A stretch of 64,000 nucleotides of DNA from Isurus oxyrinchus (taxonomy: Eukaryota): contig JANJGN010000056.1 in NCBI GenBank assembly GCA_026770705.1, positions 496,001 to 560,000 on the forward strand, in the 5' to 3' direction. Made by a program: the position numbers and the translations under genes. Shown piece after piece: positions 1 to 12,029 of the stretch; positions within the stretch are counted from its first letter, which is position 1, and each line of letters starts with the position of its first letter. The notes under the pieces were generated by a model that made no database searches, was not told the DNA's origin, and was given only the letters and a program-made list of their open reading frames with translations.

Positions 1-2329
1 TGTGGAACTGTTTAATGTTAAATCTTTCTGCCTCATGCACAGTCATCTTACTTCAGCAGATTAAAACATGATTTTCAATTATCAACATTTAAATGAATAC
101 AAATCAAACTGTACGAAAGCTGGCTGCTGAGTCATCGGTGAAATGTAGAATTATATATCTCTGTGGCTCAGTGGGACATCGCTCCAGCAATGGCACTGGG
201 CTGAATAAGCATTAAAACTACTATCAGCAAGATGAGATTTTTCATTATGTTCAGTGTATTTGCTCAGAGTTAGTATCAGGATGTTGGAGCTGAAGTACCC
301 TTATTCTAATCTCTGAAATTGTGCTGCTTTTATATTCACACACGAACGAGCAGTGACATCAATCACTGAACTTATTGGGACAGAAGGCTTTTCATCACTT
401 CCTGCTGCATCTCATTTACGTGAGTGAAGGCTTCAGGCCAGAGCTCCACTCGCTGGCCGCTTGCTGAACGTAGTGAAGGGGGTCTTGGGGTGTATTTAAG
501 TGGTGCAGTGTAGCTGAAACTGCAGCTGCACCTATTGTCAGGAGGCTGAATCTGAGTTTCCCTGTATGGATTGTCTGTAAAAGGAAAAGGAGCAATGTGG
601 AAGAGTGAAGGATCGGACGGCAGTGTTGCAGTTCTTTAGTCCAGGGCTCTGCAGAGGACTGAGGCCACTTTTCTTTGTGGGCCGTGCAGGAGAACATGAA
701 ACAAAACGATCAGGAGGAAATGGTTGCAGGGGGCGAAGGAGGGAAGTTCCCAGAGTTTCTCCTCGAGGAACTAAAAGCGTGTTACTCGAGGTGAAACACC
801 ATTGTAGAGTCACTAGGACAGAGAAAGAAGACAAACGGCTTTTCCATCAATGCAAGTTCGTGGCAATAAGTGTAGCCGCATCCTCCGCCCTATCCCCATG
901 TCCCTGTATGTTAATTTCCTCCAAACAATTTTTCTTTGATATCATGACTATCCCTGCTTCTACATTTAAAAGCAGCAACTTCCTAATCATTACCATTTGT
1001 AGCATCAAAGGTATTGTTCCCATCACCATTACACCCACCCCATGCCTATGCCTCAGTAGCTCTTCACATAAAGTTAAATTGAGGAGAACATACACAAGGA
1101 TGGAGTGTGGAACGAAAGCTGCTCGTGATATTCGAATCAGCACCTAAATATGTCACAATTATATTAGGAAAAGCACGGTTCACATAAGTACTGTTGGTCA
1201 GTTCAATACTCATAACGATGTTCCTGTCAATGAAACTAATCAGGTAGCGGACACGCTGAATGGTAACCATGTTTCAGTTACTGAAGTTGAGGAATAGATC
1301 AGCTTGTCAGACATCGCATGGAAACTATTCCTGAATCAGGAGCAGGGATTCAACAAACTTAATGTGAACAACAATAATATTAATACACAAATTATACACA
1401 CATGGGAGGGGCAAATCTCCAAGACAAGAATTTTTAATTCCAGGGTTTTAAAGGAAGTTAATGGGAACGTTGTATAATGCCCTAATCATAAATGTAACAT
1501 TTTTTTCTCCACCTTGCTACCACTCTTTTCAATTGAAAAATATTACCTGTCGCTCTGCCACATAAGAAAGGTCTCAGACTGAAACTAAGGAAATATATGG
1601 CATTTCGACAAAGCTGTTTCAAAATCGCGAGAGTTGACTGTGAATTAAGGGGCCTCTGGACGCCTTCATTTTTTTTTGGCTGATAAGAGAAAGCAAACAT
1701 GTAATTTTTAAAATAAGTCATATTTGGCAATACGCAGTGAATTTTCTTGTCGAGGCAACAGAAGCATTTATCAGTGCAATGCTCACGGATGCTATTTATG
1801 TCAACATTCAGAGGGCGCGTGATAACGGCTCATATCAGAAACTGTTAGCTGATATTAGCACTGCTGGAACTAAATCTTATGAATTGTCTAGGGCAGAGAG
1901 GACGTAAAAAAGTGAATAGTAAAAATGAGAGGCATTATCGCGATGTTCCGCAAGGATCTCAGATATTCACTGGGCTCAATAATAAGTAGAATATGGATTT
2001 AAACATTACAAATATAATATTACCAATGATAGATTTAGGACATCATTGTAAGCAATGTAGATGCAAACAGAACACTAGAAAAAGACATTGATGGACAACG
2101 CAAATGGGGAAACTGTGACATAGGTCGCAGTAAGCACTTTGAATTCTAAACATAAGAACATAAGTATTAATAGCAGGCAGTACCATACAAACCTTCTTTT
2201 TCGCTACACCCTTCAGCACAATCACGTGAGACCTCCTGTGACAACTTCAGATTCATAACACCTCCCCACATCCCCTCCCCCAATGTGAATGCCACTCTCC
2301 TATTCAAAATATGACAATCACAGAAAATA

Positions 2330-3630
2330 GAAAACTACAAGCCAGTTAGCTGAACATTTATAACAGGGGAAGTGTTGGAAACTATATTTTAACATGTTAT
2401 AGGAAAGCAGCTAGAACAATTCAAGTTAATTAGAAAAAGACAAGATGATGTTGTGAGTTGGAAGTCATAATTAATCAAACGGCTTCTATTCAAGAAGTAG
2501 AATATGCTGAGGAAAGGGCTACAGGTGGATGTACTGGAAATAGATTTCTGGAAGGCAATTGTTAAGTTACCATCCGAAAGGTTTGTGTAGAATATTAAGG
2601 CTCAATGTATTGTGGGTAACATATTGTTCTATATAGACGATTGGCTAGTTAACAGGGAAGGCATAATGAATAGAATGGCCCAAGGGTCACGGTTGGTGTC
2701 TCAAGGTTATAAATAAGCGATCTAATTTATTTTTGCTAAATTTGCTGATAACACAAACATAGTTATGAAAGGAAGTCGTCGCAAAAGCATCCAGAGACAG
2801 AACAGAATTAAGTAAGGTCTGACAAATACAGTAGAGTGTGAAATTCACCATATTGGCGGGAAGAATATTGTGTAAAGAGTGAGAAATGATATGGCTCTGA
2901 GATGCAAAGATATCTTTGTGACTGAGTGCATGAAATGCGAAAGGTTAGAATGCAGGGACTGCTTTTGTTTAGGAAGGCTAATATAACGTTATTGCGAGCC
3001 TAATTGTTTAAAAATATAAAGGGGATAGGCTTCATTTTTACAGGGATTTGGGGAAACCACATCTGATGCACTGAGTAGAGTACTGGTCTCCTTTTTTAAG
3101 GAAGGATGGAAATGCGTTGTAGGAAGAACAGAGAATATTTACTGGGCTATTACCTGGGATGGGATCGTTGTCCTTTGAGGAAACTTTGGACAAGCTAGGC
3201 TTGTATCCAATGGAGTTTCGATGAGTAATAGCGACTTGACTGAAATATATTAGATCCTGATTGCTATTGACAGGATGGATGTGGAAAGGATGACTTTCTT
3301 GTGGGCGAATCTAGAAATATTGCCCATTATTAAAAATGACGGGGGAATCCCGTAAGATAGAAATAAGGAGGCTTTTTTTTTCACTGAAAGAATCACGCAC
3401 CGTTCGAGTTTTCATCCTTAAAGGCCAGTGGAAACAAAACTTCTAAATAATATTTTAAGGCAGAACAAGATAAATTGCTGGTAGGCAAGACGGTTGAATT
3501 TTTATCAATGGTAGGAGAGAATATAGAGATCGTGATATGGTCAGGTCAGTCTTTATATTATCAATTGTGGAGCAGTCTCGAGGGGCCGATTGGACTATTG
3601 TTCCTAATGAGTATTTTCATATGTTCCCAT
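2330..3630 (+). mobile_element. Decayed CR1/HER1-type LINE, ORF2 RT and 3' end
   Basis: Remnants of NYRPVSLT (about 2333), VDV.Y.DF.KAFD (about 2525) and L.Y.V..WSP..RKD (about 3060-3110), plus a CR1-type 3' tail at about 3570-3610. Confidence 0.8.
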
Positions 3631-4879
3631 GTGTTATGTGATGGGGAGGGAAATCTGCTGCAATGTTTGAAACCATAAATACGGTTTCATCTTGTTTAGA
3701 GACAAACAGGAGCAGGATTAAAAACCACAGAGAGGCTCATGTGACCACGAGGGGTATAAATGCTGAGTTGGAGACATTGACCATATTCAGCATGCTTGTT
3801 GGGATTGTGAGATCGTGTTTGCCTTCCGACGAAATGAGACGACAATAATCTTGTCATAAGACGGTAGAACTTTGTTGAGGCGGGGGGGGAGGGGGGTGGG
3901 GGGGTTGTGGGGTGGGGGAGGTGTTGGTGGTGGAGGGGAGAGACTGAAATGCAGCTAGACAGAGTCTAACTTTGTCATTTGCTGTAAGATTTTTCAAATG
4001 CAACTTTATTTTTCAAATCCTGCATCTGGTTTTACTTTTATTTGTCTGTAGAGCATTTTAACATCATTTTATATATTCGCTCATAACTTAATTGTGCACT
4101 TTATTTTTCCATCCATTTCGACCCCTTCCCAAGCCTGATTATTTCTTTCATTTTATCATTCCTGCTTTTCCTGTCATTGTACTCTCTGTTGAGTTTTGCC
4201 TTAAGCCCTGAATCCTAGGCTATCCAATCTCGTATAGACCCACCTTTTATTTAAGTTCTCGTGAAATAGCTTGTTCCTTTTTTTTAATATTACTTTACAA
4301 TGATTATGGTCAGTTAATCTGCATTTGCTTGAAAAAAATGTTTTCGATTCTGTTCTCTATCGTTTAGCTTTTTAGCACATACTTATTTACTCTCGAAAGC
4401 TTTTGTGCTTGACAGTGTCTTTTGTTTCAAATCTTCTTCTGCACTGATAGTAGTGTGTTGCTGAATCTGTTGTCCATGTATTACATCTCCTCCATTGTAT
4501 CGATCATCTTTTTAATATTTCATACTGCTGTGCTCCCTCTCTGATCATCCACATGTAATAATTGAACGTCATATGTTGCATTTTATGGAGCCCATCATTA
4601 TCCTTTTCATAGAATTGTCGAACATTACAACACAGCGTCTGCACCGGCTGAAAATGAAACGTCCAGCCTCATCCCAATTTCGAATTCTCAGTCTGTAGCC
4701 CTGCTGTTTACAGCACTTGAGGTGTATATCCATATATTAATTGACTTGTGGGTTTTGTTCCTCTGCTGCCTTTCCGGGCAGTAAGTTCAAGGCACCCACA
4801 TACCTCTGCGTAAAAAGAAAACATGCCTTTTTTTAAAGCAATCCTCTTATCTGGGCGTCGCTAGCCAAGTTATCAAGCT

Positions 4880-6370
4880 TTTGCCAAAACATAAATGCCC
4901 TTGACATGGTGCTGGTGAGTTGCCCTCATGAACGGCTACATGCCTTGTGATGTGTGTACACCCATAATGCTATTCTAGGGGAGGTCCAGCTCCTGCCCCA
5001 GCTGCAGCAAATGGAAGGTGACATATTTTCAATTGATGATGATGTGTGGATTGAATGGGAACTCACAGGCGGTGGTTTTCCCGTGCATCTGCTTTTCTTG
5101 TCCGTCTAAATGGTAGCAGTTGTGGATTTAGTTGTGGCTGTCTAAGGGTCTTGGCGCCTTCTTGGATCCATCTTGTCGATAGTACACAGCTCTGTAAATA
5201 TGGGTCAGTTTTGGAGGGAGAGGGTATATGTGAATATTGTGCCAATCAAGCGGACTGTTTTGTCCTGGATGGTTTCAAGCTTCTTGCATGTTGGAGCTGA
5301 CCATCTCCAGGCAAGATCAAAGCATTCCATAAGAAACCTCTCCTGTGCCCTCAAGATAGGGGACAGGAATCTGGGAGCTGTTGGCCGCAGTAGTATTAGC
5401 CTCTGGCCGGTAATTGAAGCCGAGGTATTGATATGGCAGCCAATTCAGTCACTGATGAATGATAAATTCCACGCTGTTGATTGTGGGGACTTCAGAGATG
5501 GCAGTGCCATTCAATGTCAGAGGCACGGTTAGATTCGGGACATTGCCTGTCAATTGTGTGCCTGAATACTACTTGCCACTTGAAAGCCAAATGTTGCATA
5601 TTGTGCAAGCCATGGCATATTTGGATCTGGATTGCTTCAGTGTCTGAGGACTCACGAATGGCACTAAACCTTGTGCAGTGAACATCCTCACTTGTAACCT
5701 TATGATGGAAATAAGGACATTGATGAAGCAGCTGAGATAGCAGGCCGAGGACACAACAATGTGGAACTTATGGAATGTGCACTTGGACTGAGATGATTGA
5801 CCTCCAAAAACCACAAATACCTTGCTTTGTGCTTGGTATGAATTATGCCACCTGGAATTTTTCCTCTTTAGCATTGACTCCAAATATTCTCGGGCGTCAT
5901 GATGTCACACTCTGTCACATGCTGCCTTTTTGCTAGAGGCAGGAACTCTTAATTCGTCTCTGAATATTAATCATCTATGGCTGTACTATGGTCAATGGCT
6001 GAGTGATCCTGGCAGAAAAAAAAACACTGAAGCGAATATGTTATTACTAATTAACCGCTGCTTCATTATATATTCATGACCCCTTCTATCACCACTTCAT
6101 ATGGATAGCAGACTGATGGTACAACAATTGCCTGAGTTGGATTTGCCCGGCTTTATTACTACAGGACGTACCTGGGCAATTGCCCATGTTTCCAGGTATA
6201 TGCCAGTTTTGCCGCTGTACTGGAAAGGCTTAGCAATGAGCGCGGCAAGTACTGTAACACAGGTCCACAGTAATGCTGCTGGAATATTGATAAGACCCAT
6301 TGTCCTTGTGTATCCTCTGCCTTCAGTCATTTCTTGATATCACGTGGAATGAATCGAATTGGCAGAGGAG
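4880..6370 (-). mobile_element. Decayed CR1/L2-group LINE fragment
   Basis: Same family as 12030-12970, 38080-39070 and 15760-17300, by visual similarity. Confidence 0.65.
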
Positions 6371-7420
6371 TGTCCCCCTCTACTCTTTCAACAAACATCG
6401 TAAATATGTGTCCGCTCGTCACTGACCTCTCTGTTCATGCAAAGAGACGCTTGCACATACTTTATCCTGGCTCCCCATAGTTTTGTGCATCTCAATTAAA
6501 TCTCACCAAGTCTCCTCAGTTTCAAGGAGATGAAGCCCTAGCCGATCCAATCTTTCCTCAAAGCTTCAATTTTCCAGTACTAGCAACATCTTTGGAAATA
6601 TCTTCTCTACCCTTTTTAATGCAATTGCATCCTTTCTGTAATATGGCGACATGTCCTGTGCACAGCATTAAGGTTAACTTCTAAGTAATGTTTTAGATAA
6701 GTTCCAGCGAAACCTCCGTACTCTTATATTATGTGTCTCGTTTAAAAAACATAGAAGCATTCCAGATGGCTTCTCAGCCGCCTCACCAACGTTTCCTGCT
6801 GCCTTCAGGCATAAGTGGGCTATCCCTTTAAGATCCAGAATCCTCAAAACATCTTATTATCATTCCATTTATTGCACAATAATTTCCTTTGTTTGGCCTT
6901 ATTAAATGCATCGCCTCACAGTTCTGTGGGTTGAATTCGACTTGAAACATTTCTGTCCACCTGACCAGTCCGTGAATACCTTGCTGCGATCTACAGAATT
7001 CCTTCTCGCTATCAATCGCTCGGTCAATTTTTTTCAGGCCTACAACTTCTTTCTCAGTCCCGCTACATTTGTAACTAAAACCATTAATAAACGTCATACA
7101 AAGCAGAGTCACAACTACTAGGTCCAGATGAAGCTCAGTGGGAACGGCCCTCGAGTCACAAAAGTAGCTGTCATCAATTATTCTTTGTTTTCACTGAATT
7201 ATTTTTATATCCAGCTGTTTATATTGTCCTGGAACACATGGGCTTCCATAGATTTTAACCAATCAGCCATGTGGGATTTCGTCAAAGAAACTTGTTCCAA
7301 CATATTATTAATCCAATCAACCATAGTCACTAATATCAAGTTCTCCAATCTATTCGTAGAACTTGTAATAATTATTTGTATACATTTTAATATTATTATT
7401 ATATTCATATTTCTAAATCT
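6370..7420 (-). mobile_element. Decayed CR1 LINE ORF2 fragment
   Basis: The minus frame gives WTEMFQVEFNPQNCEAMHL (W...WQM.FN..KC.V.H motif) and LEQVSLTKSHMADW (DF.KAFDKVPH region). Confidence 0.75.
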
Positions 7421-9489
7421 GGCTGATATTGCTTGAAATTTCAACTGAACGCTTTCCTAACGCGGGGTATCTAAACATTTCAAGACTTTGGTCACATATT
7501 TTCATCCAATTTTCTCCAAAGTTAGTTGAGCTGTAGAACGCACATAGCGTTACTTAAACGGTCTATGTTCCTCCCTTCGTCGAGCAGCCTGTTTGCCAGA
7601 CGGAGATACCGTTTGCAGCAAGAACCGTTTGCTGCCTATTATTTTAATGCTGAAGAAACATTTAGAAACTGACTAAATCGCCTCAGTTACAGAGACAGGC
7701 TGTGGAAAATAAGGGTGGGTGGAGGTGGAGGGGAAGCAGAGAAGATGACCAGAGCGAAACATATTGAACTCATGTACTCATCAGGGCATGTGCTAATGAT
7801 GCCCGGTTAGGTTATTTTGTTAACAAAGGTTGAGGCCCCATTCAATTTACTTGTATATCGTCATTTTTTGTCAAACGTTGAACTCTCCATGTAATCTTTC
7901 ATCCCACCAGCTTCAACATATTTGATTAAAAGGTTTCTGATTAAATTCAACTACCGAGCAATCTGTTGCTTTCTGTGGAGAAAATTCCACAGATTCCCAA
8001 CGCTTTTCAGTGAAGAAATTTGTTCACATCTTACTGATAAATGGCTTACCCTTGCCGCGATTTTCCTGGGTTTAGATTATCCATTTACGTTCAATAATCA
8101 GCGACAGATGCATATCCCAGTAACAAAACGAGTTCAGGATTGGAAGTGGGTGAGGTGTTGAGGCGGGTCGGTGGCAGAGGTTAAAAGCAAAAGGAAGTTT
8201 TTTTTCCCGACAAAAAGACAAAAGAAGGTCAGATAAAGGAATAGATATTTTTGATTTTCATCATCTTCTCCTTTATTGTCATTTTACTGACGACAGGCAA
8301 TTGGCTTCCAATTTAGTTTCGCGCTGTTTCATGCAAGCATCCTCGTTCCTTATTCCTGTTTGGGTAAACCAAAGCCCCTGTGCATTTCTATATTCAGGCG
8401 TTTCAAAACTTGAACATTCATCTGTTTACTGACTTCACTAATAATATTTAAAAACTCTTACTTTTTAATATCAGACTGCATCTGACTCCTTGTTTCCCTC
8501 TTTATTTAAAATGTGCGTATCTATTTGCAGTCTATTTCTTTTCTCCTTATAGTTGACATTTCTTTCCATCTGTGGACGCTTTCCAGATATAAATACATTA
8601 GTCTCCATCAGCTGATCGTTAATACCGGTTGGGAATGGCAGAGTCTCAAGCAGTAATCCCTCTGGCTCATCCCGAGTTCCAGCCTGACAAGTTGAAAATA
8701 CCCCACCTGTTCCATCTCCCTGCTGCTTCCCTATTCCAATTTCTCCATTAATAATATCCTGACTACTTCAACTCTGCTCTTGTGTGTTACGATTTCCCGT
8801 GTCACAACACAGTCCAGACAGCTTCATGTAGAGAATGACAGGCTTTGATAGAATTAGGTAAAAAGAGAGAGAAGGATAAAGGCCGAATCTCACTGCAGAC
8901 ATGTGGTCATATGAACTTCAATTCTGGAGAAGCGAAGGCTACTTGTTCCTTGCAGCTTACTTTCCCACTCACATTCAACATGCCTGATCATTTAACTTCG
9001 CTCCAATTGTAATAAAAAATCCCAACACCTTTAATCCAGTTTGTATCAAAAACGTCTATCATTTTTATATTGTAAAAACTCAACGTCCGAGCATCAGTAG
9101 CTCTCTGTGGTTGAGAATGTCAAAGATTCGCAACCTTTTAACTGAAGAAATTTCAATATCTGTTGCACCTAATTTGGTGTCAGTTATTCTGCGACTACAA
9201 ATTCTCAATTATCCAGCCAGCAGATGAATTCGTGCAAGATCACATTTTATAAAATGATTTTGGGAGAGATGGTTGATTAGACGTGGAGGCAGATCTGAGG
9301 GGGAGCTTAAGCACAATCAGTCAAAATCCTCCTGATTAATGCAAAATCATTTCGGAACAAATATCACTGTCGCATCTGGCACATCCAGAGAAGCTGATTT
9401 TAAAAAGTGGTTTGAAAGCTGATTTTTTAATGTTAAATATGGTTTGTGTGCGTGCTCCACTACTAAAAAGTGTTTAACCAAGGGCTTAA

Positions 9490-10590
9490 CTAAGAGGAGA
9501 GAAGCGCGGTAGTATTCGGGAGTTGAGAAGAAGCACGAGAGGAGCTGGGAGTTGAAGAGAAGCCCGAGAGGAGTCGTGGGTTGTAAAAGAGTTGGGAGAG
9601 CAGTAGCGACTAATGGATTTCAGCGACGAGGGAACGGGATCTTCCTGTGAGTATGGTAAGGGCAACGATTTGCTACTTTTAAAGCATATACTTATTGAAG
9701 TTTTATTTTGTGGCTCATCGATTGTCAAGGTTTTACTCTATAACAAAGAGGAGCCTTAAATTAATTGATTTTATGTGATATTAAATATATTCCTAAAGGT
9801 TTAATTTAAATTAAATGGGTAAGCCTGGAAGGAGGGCTCAAAGCCATGGTGTCTTCCTCCTGCTCTCTGTTGGAAGCCTGGAACACTTCCAAAGCCCGGG
9901 TCCAGCATGTGTGCACAAAGTGTCGCCAGCTACATATACTAGAAGCCCGGGTTTCGGAGCTGGAGTGGCGTGTAGGGACACTGTGGTGCATCTGCAAGGC
10001 GCAGAATATCTTGGATGGCACGTGGTCACACCACAGGATAAGAGTCCTCAGACAGGAAGGGAAGGGGTAACCACCAGTCAGAGCAAGAAGACTAGACAGA
10101 GATTGCAGGAATCTCCTGTGGCTATTCCACTGAAAAACAGATATGCTGCTATGGAAACATTTGGAGGTAGTGGCCTCTCAGGGGAATGCAACAGCAGTCA
10201 AAGCCGTTGCCCCACGGTTGGTTTTGTTGCACAGGGGATGAGTGAACATTATAGGGATGAACTTGTAAAAGGTGATTCAATTGTAAGGGGAATAGATAGA
10301 CGTTTATGTGGTTGCAAACGAGGCTTTAGGATGTTATGTAGCCTCCCTGATGCTGGGGTGAAGGATGTCTCAGAGCGGCTAAAAGACATCCTGAAGGGAG
10401 AGAGTGAACATACAATGGCCGTGGTACTCGTTCTTACAAACGACATAGGTCAATGCCGGGATTAGCTTCTAATAGCAGGATGCAAGGAGTTAGGAAGCAT
10501 GTTGAAAAGTAGGACCTCAAATGATTGATCTCAGGATTACTACTTTTGTCACGTGCTAGCCAGAGCAGAAATCACAGAACATGTCAGATA
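9490..10590 (+). mobile_element. CR1 LINE 5' part: 5' UTR and frameshifted ORF1 (Zn-finger/coiled coil + SGNH esterase-like domain)
   Basis: One frame reads VCTKCRQLHILEARVSELE. Another reads GDSIVRGIDRRLCG..MLCSLPDAGVKDVSERL..TNDIG, typical of the CR1 ORF1 esterase. Confidence 0.85.
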
Positions 10591-10619
10591 TTTTCCAGAG
10601 AACATTTCAAGGTCTTATC

Positions 10620-11510
10620 ATTCTCTCGTTATTTTCTCTGACTTTTCTTTGCTTCCAAGCAATATTGTCCCCATTTCCTTTGTCTCTGCTTTTGTTAGCC
10701 ATTGAATCCTAAATACGAATAGGCAGGCACATTTGTGTCACTTAAACAGTCACCTTCAAACTTACCCAGGTAGGAATTGTCGCCCGCATTCACAGGTCAC
10801 CGCAGCGCAGTCCACATCCGCCCTCAATGTGCGGTGCCAGGCCCGGTCGCCACAATTTTCCATACCTGAGGCACGGCTCTGTCTGCCATACTCTAAAATC
10901 GAAGCACATGCACCTTGGTCCCTCCATTCTATCACATTCTTTAGGACAGTGACAGTCCATCTCTATTTCCCTTCATTACCCCTTCTGCCAAATTGTATTA
11001 TTTTACATAGCAATACAATAAATTGCATCTGCTAATCCCTTGCATATTCTGCTCGTCTCTAGATTTCCGATTCGTATCATCCTCACTGGTAAACTCCCAC
11101 CATGTCTCCATCACTAACACTTTTTGAGACGCTGTGCTGTAATCCAAGATTCAACTGGTCTATGTCGACCAAAAATAAAACAAACCCGGATTCCTGGGGA
11201 ATGCCACCGGCTACCATCATCCAGACTAAATGAAAACGATAATAAATAGTTTCTGTTTTCTGTGCATTACCACAATTGATGCAATTGGAAAGCGACTCCT
11301 CCCCCTCCCACAATCCGCGCCTCTGTCCTTTTTAATGAGCGTAAATGTTCTTAAGCAGCCTTATCTGCGATTAGTTGTCAATTAATATCTCAAAATCCAC
11401 TTTGCCATGAATTAATTCATTAATTTTCTCTGTTGTGATATCAAAATGCTAGTAGGTTATACAAGCATATTCTTATTTTAAGTCATGGTGTTACAAACCA
11501 ATGACCATTC
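10620..11510 (-). mobile_element. Decayed CR1 LINE ORF2 fragment
   Basis: The minus ORF reads MVAGGIPQESGFVLFLVDIDQL..VSKSVSD, a degenerate GVPQGS..LF.IYINDL..SKFADD. Confidence 0.7.
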
Positions 11511-12029
11511 TTAATTAAACTCAACCGTCTCCAATTGCTGGCTAGACTCTTGGCAGTCAGGGCAGGTTAAATTATTCGTTTAATGCGGCAGTTGAACAGG
11601 CAGAGCAGTGATTTAGAGAGAGTGGGGAGCTGATCACGAACAGGTGACATTTTTTTAAAAGAGAAGTAGATGAGTTGCCAGGGCAGAAAGGTAAAAGAGC
11701 GGTAGCTGAGCTGCCAGAGGAGAGTTTTAAAAAGAGCGACAGCGAGGTATTCAAAGCAAGGATTAGAAAGTGACTGCCCCACCCCCCCAAAACAGATTTA
11801 AAAATAATTGGAGCTAGATAATCAAAACACAGATACGAAAGTAAAAGACACTCTTCTCCCAAAGCAGAAGTTAATAAAAGTAAGGAAGCTAAAAAGGTAG
11901 AGCATAGTTTTATAAGAAGCAGGATGCATTCTCTAGGACATTGATTTTACTATAGTAGAAGAGAGCTGTCAGACTGGAGAAACAGGAAGCGCAGTAGCTG
12001 TGCAGCCACGGAGACAATGATAATTTATT

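Noticed and set aside
605-1147. 180-aa plus ORF and overlapping 98-aa minus ORF
   Set aside because: The minus frame contains a CR1 ORF2 C-terminal remnant (VEAGIVMISKK..NIQGHG). No exon structure or domain is supported.
9815-10465. 216-aa ORF as a host esterase gene
   Set aside because: It is frameshifted CR1 ORF1, with the Zn-finger part in another frame.
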